In this document: one piece after another, positions 25,401-36,687 of the stretch
Numbering within the stretch: the first letter of the stretch is position 1
How the letters are laid out: each line of letters starts with the position of its first letter
DNA from: Mytilus trossulus
Taxonomy: Eukaryota
NCBI RefSeq assembly: GCF_036588685.1
Contig: NC_086382.1
Span: forward strand, 23,994,001-24,058,000
Reading direction: 5' to 3'
Length of the DNA stretch: 64,000 nucleotides
Notes under the pieces: generated by a model
What the model was told of the DNA's origin: nothing
The model's input: the letters and a program-made list of their open reading frames with translations, nothing else
Database searches by the model: none
Translations under genes and position numbers: made by a program

Positions 25401-28400
25401 TGGTTATTTAAGATTTATTTGTATTAAATAGTATTTAAACTATTTAGAATATACATTAATTTATATTACATATCTAGAAGGGAGACTACGCACGCATGCA
25501 TTAGACAAATACGCAATTCAAGTTTACTTCTAACTTTATTACAGATTCGGTTAGAAAAAAAACATAGCTGCAAAGAGTCTTCGGATAAGGAGATGGATGA
25601 TGCAGCTAAAGATTGGCGGCGCTTAAGCCTTGACAGAGAAGGTAGCAAGAAACAGAGAAGGGAAAAACGAATAACATATATAAATAATAATGACACTGTT
25701 GAAGTTTAAATTGAGGAGGACACTACTCGTGGTGACGACCAATGATATCAAATTTAAAATAAATAAAGTTTCATCTTCTGAATTATTTAATTTTCATTCT
25801 GGATCTGGAAACAATACAGCTAAAATTACATCTCCGAAAAAACTATTTGTATGATCGCCTAACCATAAGCCATACGCCATTTGTTCTGTTAAAGAAATAA
25901 ATGAAATTAATATGAAAAAAAAAGATGTGGTATGATTGCTAATGAGACAACTCTTTACAAAACATCAAATGACACAGAGTTTATCTGGTCGATCCATCAA
26001 ACATTGTCAAAGAAATATCTTGGCGTCACACAATAAAAAAAATTAAAGAGGCAAAGTTCATGAAAAAACAAGGACAGTAACAACATGGGTAATACAAAAA
26101 TACAGAATTGCTACCTTAAACTTTGGCAGTTTGGAACACAATAAAAAAAGATCAAAGTTCTGCAGAGTATCAACGTATTGCCAACATAAAAATGAGAAAT
26201 ACCTACCTTGGACCAACATAGTGCCAACATAAGAGAAGATATTTATACGTTGGTCCAACGTTGTGCCAACATGGATTTCCTTTTTCATACAATGGGCCAA
26301 CGTTGGCTCTATGTATTGCATATAACAGTACAACGTTGGGCCAACATGAAGCCATCATGTTGGGCCAACGTAGGCCCACTTTGCACTTATACGTTGGGCC
26401 AACGTTAAAATACAACGATGGGCCAATGCAATGATATACGTTGTGCCAATGTTGGGCCAACATACTCATGTTGTCTGGGATATGATTCAAACGCTCAGAA
26501 AGTCCTTTGTTCTATATTTTTGCTCTCCATTTTTATGCAAAACCTTTTATATTTTTATGTAATGGGTTATTGTTGAAGGTATTACGATGACATATGGTTA
26601 TTAACACATACTTCCTTTGGTTTCTCATGGAAATGTGTCCATTGACAACAAACATACCACATCATCTACTTTATATAAGTATTGTATAAATTACAACGTA
26701 TTTTGGTTATCTTGCAAAATAATCGTACTCCCGAAAATTGTTAACATATTTTCTTTATCTTAAAAGGGGGCAAGAAGGGTTCCATTAACAGGCGGCCAAT
26801 GAATAAGAAAACAGTTAATTTAAAAAAAAGGAAAAAAAATAGGGGTATTTTTTCTTGCATAATAACAGTAAACGGATTCACAACAATGTCAATTTCAAGA
26901 AAGCAGGCAAGAGTTAATTAGTCATTACAGTACAGCATCAATGATCTTGAATATATGCCACTTTTAACTAAAATATAAAGGCACAGAACCAGGACATAGG
27001 AGCACAGAACCAGGACCGTTATTCTTATCACCAGCACCGCGTCAGGACAATTCCATTTAAAGAACTTGCACGACTTTTGCAATATAATATTGTTGTAATA
27101 TACTTTGCATGGTACTTATGACGCATCAGCGAAAAATTAAGCAACAAAACAGTCGTTTTATTGCCGTTCTGATACAATGTAAACAAACCCACCAGCACAG
27201 AATCAGGACCCACCAGCACCCGTCAGGACCGAATCACCAGCACAGTACGTTCTCTCGCAGGACAACCATACCCACCGTGCGTTATATGAAATTTAAACCA
27301 ATTACTAATTGGTTTTAATTTATTTCTGATGGAGACTTTAATCAAACCAGTTTTACAATTTCCACAGGCTATTTTCGAACTGATGTTTTTAAATGCAAAA
27401 GGAAACAGAAAGCATTTTTTTAAATACATACCTGAAATTTAAATCCATTGGTACTACTATCTTCAAGTTGATCTTGTAATTCTGATGGAAGTTTAAACAT
27501 ACTAGTAACAGTTTTGTTGCATATTTTTCTTGAAGTACCTATATCTGTTGAAGCGTTCGCTGATGTATTTAGTTTTGAAAGTCCAACTACTAAATTCATA
27601 GTATTTGATGTGAACTCCTTTTTGTTTGGTTCATCCTCGTTTAGAGCTTTAAGTGCAGATTCAGCTATGACATCAACAGTGTGAAGAATCTTCTCTGTTC
27701 TCTCAATCTGATATATAGATATAAAAATATGTGGTATGAGTGCAAATGAGACAATTCTCCATCTAAGTAACAATTTATAAATGTTAACCTTTATATTAGG
27801 TCAAGGTAGGGTCTTCAACACGGCGCCTAGGCTCACTTTGAACAGCAAGCTATAAAGGACCCCAAAAAATACTAGTGTACAATCATTTAAACTGGTAAAC
27901 CAACGGTCTAATCTATAAAAGTATATGAAAACCCTTATTTTGTGCGTACAATTTGGAATTTGTTTGAACGAGTCTAAATATGATGCCTTTAATTAGATAA
28001 GTAAACAATAAGCTATTAAAAAAAGTCTGTTTCATTTAGTTTTGTTTCTTTCTAAAAATACTAAAAGTCATTTCCACAATTTAGTCCAGCAGATAGGTGA
28101 ATAAGTGTTAAAAGCATAAAATTTAGTAGGAACATTCTATCTATATCTTTTAAAATAGTGGTGTTAATGTATTTATAATTTAAATTTGAAAACCTTTTTT
28201 TCTCTTTCAACTTTTTGTTCTGGTGTTTGTTCTTTAGGTTCTGATTCTTCTATTGAATGCTCGGTGTTATATTTGACAATAATATTTTCCTCAGCAATAT
28301 CAGGTTCTTGTACATGATTCAAATCCATAAGATTAGAACTGGATTCAAAAATTGATCTGAAAACAAGAATATATCCATAGTACACTGATGCCCCATCTGC

Positions 28401-31400
28401 ACTATCATGCTTTATGTACAGTGGACTGTGAAAATGAGATAAAAACTGTTATTTTAAAACAAAATTAGAAAGATCATAACACAAGGAGCATGTATACTAA
28501 GCTTCAAGCTGATTTCACTTCTAGTTCATCGAAAGCTACCTCGACCAAAATTTTAAACCTGAAACAGGAAGGACGAACGAACAGATGAATGGTCGCACAT
28601 ACCAGAAAACATATGAATGGGACATAAAAAAAGATACATATTCGTTTCATGAAAAGTCACGGCATGAATAATATAATTAAAATTCTGTACGATCAAAAAT
28701 TTGAATGATAGCCTTGGTAATACATTTGACTAGTAATGGTAAAAAATGAGTTATTATAATAGTAATTTGTGCATACGATACAACATGTACAAACTCCTTT
28801 TAGAAAAGACAAATACTAAATTAAACCCATTGTGTTCGATTGTTTAAATGTTTGAGTTTTTGTTTATGTTAAACTTATAACAACAACCATATTTTTCAAC
28901 GTGTTTTGTTAGATTTCATCGTTGTTCAGATGTCTGATCTAAAATTTACACATGCCGGAGCATGTTAAGTAACTTTGCAACAAAAACAATTTAATCCTTA
29001 AGTTTGGCATGTGCAGGTTGTGAAATTTTGAACAAAACAGAACGCCTGAAGGAGATATTGAATGAATTATGAGTTTAGAATCCAGTCAACACACCCGGTT
29101 TCGCGAACTTTTTATTTATTTTTATTTTTTTCTATTTTTAATTTATTTGTTTTTCTTATGGCCATTGACATAAATGATAAGATGCGACAAACGGCACGTC
29201 CCTGAAGCTTAAATTCAAAATGAACTATTAAGATAAATATAGGATAACATGGTTAATGGTTAATATCTTCAATTAGAATAACGGAACTCTTTTGTTGTAA
29301 TCAATTTCAACTCATTTTCAGTTATCAATGTGTTCTTACTCTGATTCATACATTTTGAACCACTAAACTTTTGAAATAATTTTTCGAACTATCATGACAG
29401 TACATACATATTTGAGTTTTATACAAAAAAAATAGTATACCGCTCAGCTGTACATGAGATGATGTTTATTTGGTCAATTTGTTTAAAGTTAAGCTGTGAT
29501 ACTTATTAAAGATAGAGATATACCATTTTTGCATATTTTGCAAGACTTTTGATATCATAATCTTTAAAAGAATCGAGAATTTTTGTTATTTTTAATTGAA
29601 AAATATTGTATAAATGAATTATTCCTTTTAACTAATAAGTATTTATGATGTAAACTTACATGACCAAATTGTTTACTTTGTCCGTTTCGTTTTTCATGTT
29701 TTTATTGACATCAGTATGAGATATCTGGTCAGATATTTTGTCTATAACGGTAATCAATGCATCCTGTAAGAACAATTACATAATCAAATACTTGTCATAA
29801 TGAAATTATAATGATGCTGGATTTTATTGCTGGGTTTGCAAAAAAATAAATACATGTTTTACCATTTGCACTTAGGGAAGACATCAAAAGTTCAATTAGG
29901 ATAAAAAGCTTAATTCACATAGTTTTTTCTGGAATTTTTTATGTTTAAGAGATGAATATGTTTTTTTGTGATATCACGTGCATGGTTCTCCCTTCTGTCT
30001 CACTTTTTGATATGTTTATATTGCAGCTAGTACAAATCCAAAAAAAAAGGTTGATAGTGTTATTTTCCTTATTATTCTATAAATATTTCATGTTTTATCT
30101 ATTTTCTGTTAACTGGAATTATTGATGGTTTACCTGTACATTATCTGATAAGGCATCAGTTTCCTTAGAAATTTCGTTAGAAGCTTTTAAGATGGATTCC
30201 ATGTTACCTTCACTCGTTGTCGGTAAATCAGCTAAAACTGTAACCATTTCCTCAATAACCTATGATGGATTTTATGAAAAATATTAAGAGTATATAAAAT
30301 ATTTTCAGTAAAAAAAAAGAACATTATCAGTTTAGCAACTTAATATCAATATTTCTAAAAGATAAAGTGTCGTTTCATATTTAATATAAAAAAAAAAGAA
30401 AATTAAGAGGATGTATATTGTTAAAACGAGTTAAAAAGATTGTAAACTAAGACGTTCGATTTATTTTTGTTTGTTTCATCTTCCTATCAAGTTAACATAC
30501 AATTTTTTACTGCCCTATAAGCATTTCCTCAATGAAAGTCACATTTTGAAACATTCATTATTCCAATAGATATTTTTACTTCATGAAGAGGTTGGACTTG
30601 TTAAAGATAATGTAAGATGCAAATGATCACAATGAAGATAAAACAAGTGAAACTGCGAGCTACTGCTCACTGATGATACTCCCGCCGCTTGCGGATAATA
30701 TCGATAGAGTAAAAATATGCAAGTGTTCGGTAAACAGGAAGTTGTCAAGTGATGAATTTGAAAACGCATCTCTCGGTATAGCGGACTTATATCAAGCCTG
30801 AAATCAAATTTTAGAAATCCTTTTAGTATAGTTCCTGCGAAAAAGGTGTAATATGATACAAGTATATCCACGTAAGATTACAATCTGATAAACAAAAATT
30901 ACTGATGAATTGATTAGTCAAAAACCTTATTCTCTGCATTGGGTATTAATAAATAGACACATCTTACATGAACTTTATCTTTTGTCTCTGTGTGCATGTA
31001 ATGCATTAAATCCATCGTTGCTTCTACAATATCTCCATAATCCTCAGTATTGTTAACAAACTCTTCAACCTTGAAATGAGCTTCAATGATAAAATGTACG
31101 TTGTTTGCATTTAGCTACCAGTTTATATCAACTATGTCAATTCAAACAATTGATGATGTTATAGGGACTTCACTTATGACTGCGGCTCATAATATAACTG
31201 TATTTTAAATAATTATTTGTTTAGTTTATTCGTGTGATGTATCTGTGGATTTTCAAATTAATTGTTTTTTCAAGGTAGACAGTTTCAAAAATATCTTGAT
31301 TGCACAAAAATGTACTGGAAAGCCTATCATGTTTCTTGTTTTCAAGACTCATCCTTAAATCGTTATCATATCAAAACAATACTCTACTATCATTCCAAAA

Positions 31401-34400
31401 TTTCAAAACACTATTATCTTCCACCACATACAGATTGATTTATTAAGAGTAAGATGTCACACATTTTTTTGAATAAAGGTAATTGTTTAACAGTTAATGA
31501 AAGTTCGCTACTCAGTTTCAAAATACTAAGCTGTTCATAACACTAGTATATATGTATTGATATGGAATTAATAAAGGAACCAATTGAGCCGAAAAATTAT
31601 AGGTTAATGCGCTTGTTTTCAACATATTAGCCATTGAAATTTTGGCGGGAAAATCATCTCTCTTGATTTTTCAAAACTTAATCATTGACAAAATTTAGTT
31701 CTAAAAAAAAACTATTAAAAATACAAAGATTATATGAGACTTTTACAGAAGTCATGTAAAAGATATATAAATAGAAAAATGGAGGTCAATGGGCAAACAT
31801 TTTTAAGGCATTCAATTGAATAAAACCAGAGGATTCAAAACCCCTGACAAAAATTCTGAAACATGACAAGCGAACATCTTTAAGGCAAGCAATAAGAACA
31901 TAGCATGAATATTCGGGTATATCCAATAAGGTTCATTTATTTGGCCTTTTTAACTTTTTGGATTCGAGCGTCACTGATGAGTCTTTTGTAGAAGAAACGC
32001 GCGTCTGTCGTATATACCAAATTTAGTCCTGGTATCTATGATGAGTTTATTTTTCTTCACATCTAAGTTTATATAGAAAAAGACTAAGTTTTAAAAACAT
32101 ACCGTCATTACAAGTATTATCATCTGCATTGTAACGTTGCATTGCTGGCAATTTGCAATAGCAGACACTGTGTGAACAAAGCAAGGGAGGATAACAACTC
32201 GTATTTCTAGCGTCGATGGAGCAAGGGTCTTGGTATCTTCCAACTGTAATGAAAGGTTTGAAATATCTTTATTTTTTAAAGTGCATATTTTTTATACACG
32301 ATTTACGACTGTTTTTTTTTAATATTTATATATAATGGTAAATAGTGAGTAGCATTAGGAACGACCCACATATCATGTCACTGAAGTAATTTGCTCAAAA
32401 TCGCCTTGGTTTAATAACATGATGGTGTAGTTTATCTACTGCATCACTAGTTTGTCAACACTTATATTTTGCTGGACGGCTATATATTACCGAGGGTATT
32501 ATCAGCTCAATTTTTGTTTTTTAGTACTTTTCAGAATAAAACTTCTTAAGAATAAAAAGGTGTCATTGGACTTCCACTGTTAAACAAATTTTAGTCTAAA
32601 AAAGTTATTTTTATGGTATTATCATCTGAAAAAGAGTAAACAATAATCCATTAAGTCATGTTCAGTCTTTCTGTCAATCTTAGATCAATAGTTGGCGGGT
32701 ATTTTAGTACTATTCAGACCATTCCTTTGAAGTCAAGTCAGTTAGGTTCATTAATTTTTCATGTTATTCGGTAGAGTATTATTCCTAACAGGTTAACATC
32801 AACTACATGTACTAAATAGTCTGAACAATAAAATGTAAAAACATCCTTGATTAAGTACTAAAAGTTTCTTACATGTGATATTGTCCAACAGAAAGTCTCA
32901 TGAAAATAATTCTTATTCTCGTTTCTCAAAGGTTGTTAGAAATTATGCTCCAATTTTGTCCATAAATTTAAAACCAATGAAACATGTATGTCAATCTTGT
33001 TCATAAATTGAAAATCAGTGGAATATCTATGTCAATCTTGCATGTGTTGTTCGTGATTTGAAAATCTGTGGATTATTTCTATTCTATCAATCTTGTTAAT
33101 GAATTGAAAATAAGTGAACACTGTTTCTGTCAATCTTGTTTTTTGAATTGAATATAAGTTTATAGAATGTTTATGGTCATCATTTTCATCAATCAAAATC
33201 ATTAATGTACCTACTTGTTTTACAAGTATTATTACTTGGGTCATGATACATCGTTGCTTGCTCTTCACATTCACAAACTCCAAAAACACAAATCAAATTG
33301 TTGTAACATGTTGAATCCCCAGGAACAGAGATGCATGCTTCTTTGTAATTGTTTCCTATAAAACATATACTTTTATTATTACACCATTACTATAACAAAC
33401 AATGCATTGAACAAAGATCATATGTGACATACCTTTCAGCGTACGGGACATGAGATTAAATTTATTCCAGTTGTTTGATTATTGGTTATAGATTTGATTC
33501 CCCTAATTTATAGTTCATAGCAAAATATAAAAACTAATGTTCTTTCCGGATCAGAAATAAATTCTGCTTGTCGGAAGCGCTTTTCTGATTTAAGCCTCAA
33601 CTGGGAAGCTTAAATCCAATCATTACAAATCCAACGATGTATGAATATCTAAAAACGTGAAAACGATTAAAAATTTCTTATCTTTGTGCATAATCATGTC
33701 TTTTTTTTATATAACTATTTTTCTACTATGCATCATTGTCATTAATTAAAGTAAACACACATAGGAATGATATATCAGATATGGGGTGTGAGTTAATGAG
33801 CCAACAACCCAGCGAGAATGATCATGATGATAACTGAAAGATGATAAAATCGAAATCGTCGATTTGCTATATATACTTGTGAATACATACTTCAAACCAA
33901 TCAAAACACTGTTCTACATTGTCGTGCCTTTCGGAACTGATTGTCACTGTTGCGTTCTACTGATGAGTACTGAACAATTGATACATGACTCTAGATCAAC
34001 AGCTCTTTTTTTGGTCTTCCACTTACCTCATATTAACAACGATACGGTATTGGTTATACCTTTTTTTCCTTAATTTTGTGTTTTTGTTAACTAGGTATAC
34101 TTAAAATAAAACTCGGTGTAGTACAGTCACTCAACAGTTGATTCAGTTAGATATCGACAGCTTGAAAGACTTCTGATTAATAACCAATTTGACCAACTCG
34201 TGTTATTTCTTAAAATATATCTTTCGGTGTCTCTTCCTTAGTTTTGATATGGTAAATTGTTCCTCTTGGTTGCACTTTTGTAATTTTTTTTAAAGATAAG
34301 TGATCTTTACCATTGCTAATTGCATACACGTTATTATTAAAAACGAGAGAAACAATGTATTGTGCCTTTTCATTATATACACACAATAAGTCAAATAAAT

Positions 34401-35400
34401 TACAATACGTATTTAAAGGTATAAAAACAAGACGAAATTTTTTTTCTTTCACAACGTAACACCCTAAAATTGCTTACTTGCTTTACAACTGTTATCTAAT
34501 GGGTCGTGATACTGCTCACCAGGACTTTCACAATCACATCTCCCGGAAGCACAAACCAAATTGTTGTAACAGCTCAATGGTGTTGAGCATGTTTCATTGT
34601 ATCTTTTTCCTATCAATTAACAGTTTACATGATTAAAGCATATTCCATCTAGAACAGAATTCTTCAGTCTGAAAAAATTTCGAATATAATAATACTTTTA
34701 ATTATTTTGTTCATATGAAGTTGGTTGCGATATGTTAGCCCTAAAATTGAGATTAAAAATCTCATTCAAGGGAATTCCGAAAAGATTCAAAAGTAAAACT
34801 GTTATTGAAAAGAAATGTTATATGTCTTCAAATCAAATCAGTAAGTAAATCAGCTTGTTTTGCAGCATTCACAATGAGTATAAATATTTTTATATGCATA
34901 TTATAATTTTCATTTGTGACCTAGATGTTACCTCTTTCATGTTTTAAGACTTCTTCATGTTCTTGGTATTGTTCTGGTTGCCAGTTTTTTTATTTTTCCG
35001 TGCACCAAACTGTTTTCTCTAGACTTTTTTTCACTTTTGCGTTGAAAGATCTTAAGATACTTAGTAATTCTGTTTTTTTCTCATAATCATGTTCTGCCGA
35101 TGTCTTTTAACTTCAAATTAAGCCGATACATTATTATTTACGTATTATCGAACGTTTTTTATGTTTTTGAAACTGACAGGCTTTTTAAAATTTGTTTCTG
35201 ACGCCCTTATCCGTTTATATTTATTTGCTGCTTATATGATTTGATTTGTATTTTGATTAAATACATACTTGCTTTACAACTGTCATCCAATGGGTCATGA
35301 TACTGCATTCCCGGATTTTCACAATCGCATCTACCGGAAACACATAACATATTATTGTAACAGAGTAGTTGTGGGGTGCATGTCTCTGTGTACCTACTTC
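6215..35400 (-). CDS. Polycystin-1-like (PKD1L2/PKD1L3-type) gene, 17 coding exons: 3 EB-like repeats, GAIN/GPS, TM1, PLAT, polycystin channel; 5' end unresolved
   Basis: Join of 35269-35400, 34478-34609, 32103-32243, 30968-31080, 30134-30259, 29660-29763, 28194-28356, 27432-27707, 19165-19327, 17554-17954, 16423-16653, 15554-15840, 13660-14214, 12457-12722, 11377-11633, 9724-9877, 6215-7443 (4730 nt). All junctions are GT-AG and phase-consistent with no stops. Hallmark motifs: HLTDF, WHDNSG..PSW, FTRVQRLSC, YSGGGY, WIDIRTRAFFIEF. Confidence 0.93.
9724..9877 (-). CDS. Polycystin exon (start of TOP domain)
   Basis: IKTRGDIWTYIKESVIPPL...LLGKFRLKQIRV; phase 0-1. Confidence 0.9.
11163..11233. 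repeat. 35-bp tandem duplication
   Basis: atgcattaacatatggaggttaatacg present twice. Confidence 0.85.
11377..11633 (-). CDS. Polycystin exon (first channel-domain helix)
   Basis: Not in ORF track; SDNFWPRRSKKW...CLDIIIYVFFTFILLFVVHNQRP; phase 1-0; cag/gtaagt. Confidence 0.88.
12457..12722 (-). CDS. Polycystin exon (TM4-5)
   Basis: FPRWGIYIAW...YFVMLYGLQYG...WLVSFLTAFVDDCFVMEP; phase 2-1. Confidence 0.92.
13660..14214 (-). CDS. Polycystin exon (PLAT end, TM2-3)
   Basis: WFLSRVLIQD...HLWISIISKPPWSDFTRVQRLSCALSLL; phase 2-2. Confidence 0.94.
15554..15840 (-). CDS. Polycystin exon (PLAT/LH2 domain)
   Basis: YLMCIVTGWRYDARTTANV...IWHDNSGSSPSW; phase 0-2. Confidence 0.94.
16423..16653 (-). CDS. 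Polycystin exon (GPS cleavage site HL|T and TM1)
   Basis: LECEVDHLTDFAGGYFVLPN...NPVVVSVVILVWFMYF...ARQKDRRD; HL|T codons at 16600-16608. Confidence 0.94.
17554..17954 (-). CDS. Polycystin exon (GAIN beta subdomain, first half of GPS)
   Basis: Ends CRSWNPTSGSWTTGRFK; phase 1-0. Confidence 0.9.
18205..18380. repeat. Dispersed repeat family A (core gacgaaacgcgcgtctggcgta)
   Basis: Same orientation at ~9380-9480 and ~46803-46975; opposite orientation at ~13350-13455, ~19590-19772 and ~31945-32050. Confidence 0.85.
19165..19327 (-). CDS. Polycystin exon (GAIN)
   Basis: Not in ORF track; QNPRSWDSSSAYINSPMVSLVLKD...INVTNLRKPIIVEIP, a typical PKD1L GAIN motif; phase 0-1. Confidence 0.9.
22471..23715 (+). 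mobile_element. Internally deleted hAT transposon (Tip100/P52rIPK-like transposase remnant)
   Basis: 14-bp TIR CAGGGGCGTAGCTA; flanking direct repeat TCAGC; remnants MPRRCGPQTTRTNYP..QYWKVSL..FIDHMIRELE and RSTM...ILHIHRDFSVNIDKVIEKF..TRR. Confidence 0.85.
23786..24043. repeat. 61-bp subterminal tandem repeat, ~4 copies
   Basis: acaacattgg recurs at 23840, 23901, 23962 and 24023. Confidence 0.9.
25545..25709 (+). pseudogene. DUF4806-like C-terminal exon remnant (EnSpm accessory ORF)
   Basis: After acceptor ctaactttattacag: SSDKEMDDAAKDWRRLSLDREGSKKQRREK, resembling the E..I..WLR.A.DR.GGRK.R motif (recognised by eye). Confidence 0.55.
27432..27707 (-). CDS. Polycystin exon (GAIN region)
   Basis: IERTEKILHTVDVIAESALKAL...MFKLPSEL; phase 0-0. 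Confidence 0.85.
28194..28356 (-). CDS. Polycystin exon (acidic linker)
   Basis: SIFESSSNLMDL...EQKVEREKK; phase 2-0; weak donor gttttc. Confidence 0.78.
29660..29763 (-). CDS. Polycystin exon (helical ectodomain)
   Basis: DALITVIDKISDQIS...KVNNLV; phase 0-2. Confidence 0.8.
30134..30259 (-). CDS. Polycystin exon (helical ectodomain)
   Basis: VIEEMVTVLADLPTTSEGNMESILKASNEISKETDALSDNVQ; phase 0-0. Confidence 0.82.
30968..31080 (-). CDS. Polycystin exon linking EB repeats to helical region
   Basis: HFKVEEFVNNTEDYGDIVEATMDLMHY; donor gtaaga; AAG acceptor chosen for phase-1 compatibility, 5' edge uncertain. Confidence 0.7.
32103..32243 (-). CDS. EB-like repeat exon (block B, third)
   Basis: GRYQDPCSIDARNTSCYPPLLCSHSVCYCKLPAMQRYNADDNTCND; phase 1-1. 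Confidence 0.87.
32985..33160. repeat. Degenerate ~45-bp minisatellite, 4 units
   Basis: tcaatcttg...ttgaaaat recurring. Confidence 0.65.
34478..34609 (-). CDS. EB-like repeat exon (block B, second)
   Basis: KRYNETCSTPLSCYNNLVCASGRCDCESPGEQYHDPLDNSCKA; phase 1-1. Confidence 0.87.
35269..35400 (-). CDS. EB-like repeat exon (block B, first)
   Basis: SRYTETCTPQLLCYNNMLCVSGRCDCENPGMQYHDPLDDSCKA; phase 1-1; no start codon. Confidence 0.87.
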
Positions 35401-36544
35401 CTGTAAATAAACAAGGAGCACAATTAATATATGATCACATTCCTTAAGGAAAAATATTTTTCTGGTCGAAAGAAAGTTGTAACTTGACAAAGAGTCTTAC
35501 ATTATTTTGTACTTAATACAATTTTGACTTTTGTCTTTCGCGTTAAGAATAACATACGGACTTGGCAGGAATCAAATAACAAGTATATGGATTCCAATTG
35601 TAGATTCAAACTTTTTTATATCTTATCATGCTAACTAAAAGAAATTTATTCACATATGAACAATATGCATCGATAAGATCAATATGTAATCACAATATAC
35701 TGTAGAAAGGTTAGGATGTTTGTCTTTTCTGGTTTTCCATTGATTAAAAAAATATATGATTGCTATCGTACAGGCTATGAATGTCTTCAAACATATAAGA
35801 TTAAGCTTTTTACAGTGAGTAAGATAAGATAAATAAAAGTCATAACTGTATTGATAAGCTAGATGCTTCCGCTTTCTGTCGGAACATAAAAATGAGAAGA
35901 TGTAGTATGATTGCCAAGGTGGTCACCTTTCAATAGAGATAAAGTAAAAAATAAAACACTATAGGACACCATACTGTTTTCAGCAATAAGTGAAACATAT
36001 TCCACATATTTAGCTATAAACAACCGTATGATATTGTTTATATGTCTTTTAAAATTGGCTTTCTTTCACTAATTATTTTTCACTACAGGCGTTGTATTTT
36101 TCTTTTGCAATATGCAGATGACATGTACGGTTATGGCATCGAACAGTAGACATGCATTTGAAAATTACACGTTTCAACTGCATCACTGATCTCGGAATGA
36201 GGTCAAAAACAAAATCAGTTTATATTTCTTTTTTTGAATTCAGTGAGTGTCAGTAGTTACTATTTTAACCATAATTGTTAAGACAATAAATGTATATTAA
36301 AAGTTGGAAAGAATTCCGGATATTGGTTGTTCATACTTTTGTGTTCATAGAAGAGACAAAAGCGTATAACTGTTGTTTGAAACTTGTTAATCTATTAAGA
36401 ATAAACACATTTTTTATATGGAATCGAATAAACTCAAATTGGTGCAAGACCTGGTGCTTCAATAGGTTAAGAGTCCTCTTAAATAGTTGCATTAGCTGCC
36501 ATGCAATTTAGCTATCATGTTACTAAACGGAATAGGACATTATA

Positions 36545-36687
36545 TAAATAACACATAGCTGAGAGGATGATAGAGCAGATTGGTAGCCCGAGAAAAAACA
36601 TTTTCAACCGCGACGAAGCCAAGGTTGACAATGCTTTTTCGAGGGTTATCAATCTGATCTATCACTCTCTCAGCTATGTGTTATTTA
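36545..36687. repeat. ~143-bp hairpin, likely from a non-autonomous DNA element
   Basis: Perfect 21-bp stem taaataacacatagctgagag / ctctcagctatgtgttattta, extending imperfectly toward the loop. Confidence 0.85.

Larger units (their letters stand above)
23766..26479 (+). mobile_element. Non-autonomous EnSpm/CMC-like transposon with DUF4806-like remnant
   Basis: Termini CCCAG...CTGGG with 2-bp TSD AT; palindromic GTTGGSCCAAC subterminal repeats at both ends. Confidence 0.75.
20013..27279. mobile_element. Non-autonomous DNA transposon with Transib/RAG-like ends (7267 bp, carries nested TEs)
   Basis: 69-bp TIRs (67/69 identical) at 20013-20081 and 27211-27279 beginning CACGGTGG; direct 5-bp TSD CGTTA at 20008-20012 and 27280-27284. 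Confidence 0.8.

Noticed and set aside
20082-27210. RAG1/RAG2-like or Transib transposase gene inside the CACGGTG element
   Set aside because: No long ORF or recognisable motif; TIRs are symmetric with no RSS-type nonamer, so no ProtoRAG claim is made
33891-33956. Open phase 0-0 exon candidate (NATVTISSE...WFE)
   Set aside because: Lies in a phase-1 intron between EB exons and would break the frame
36290-36511. Signal-peptide-like ORF as first exon of block B
   Set aside because: It is on the plus strand, opposite to the gene
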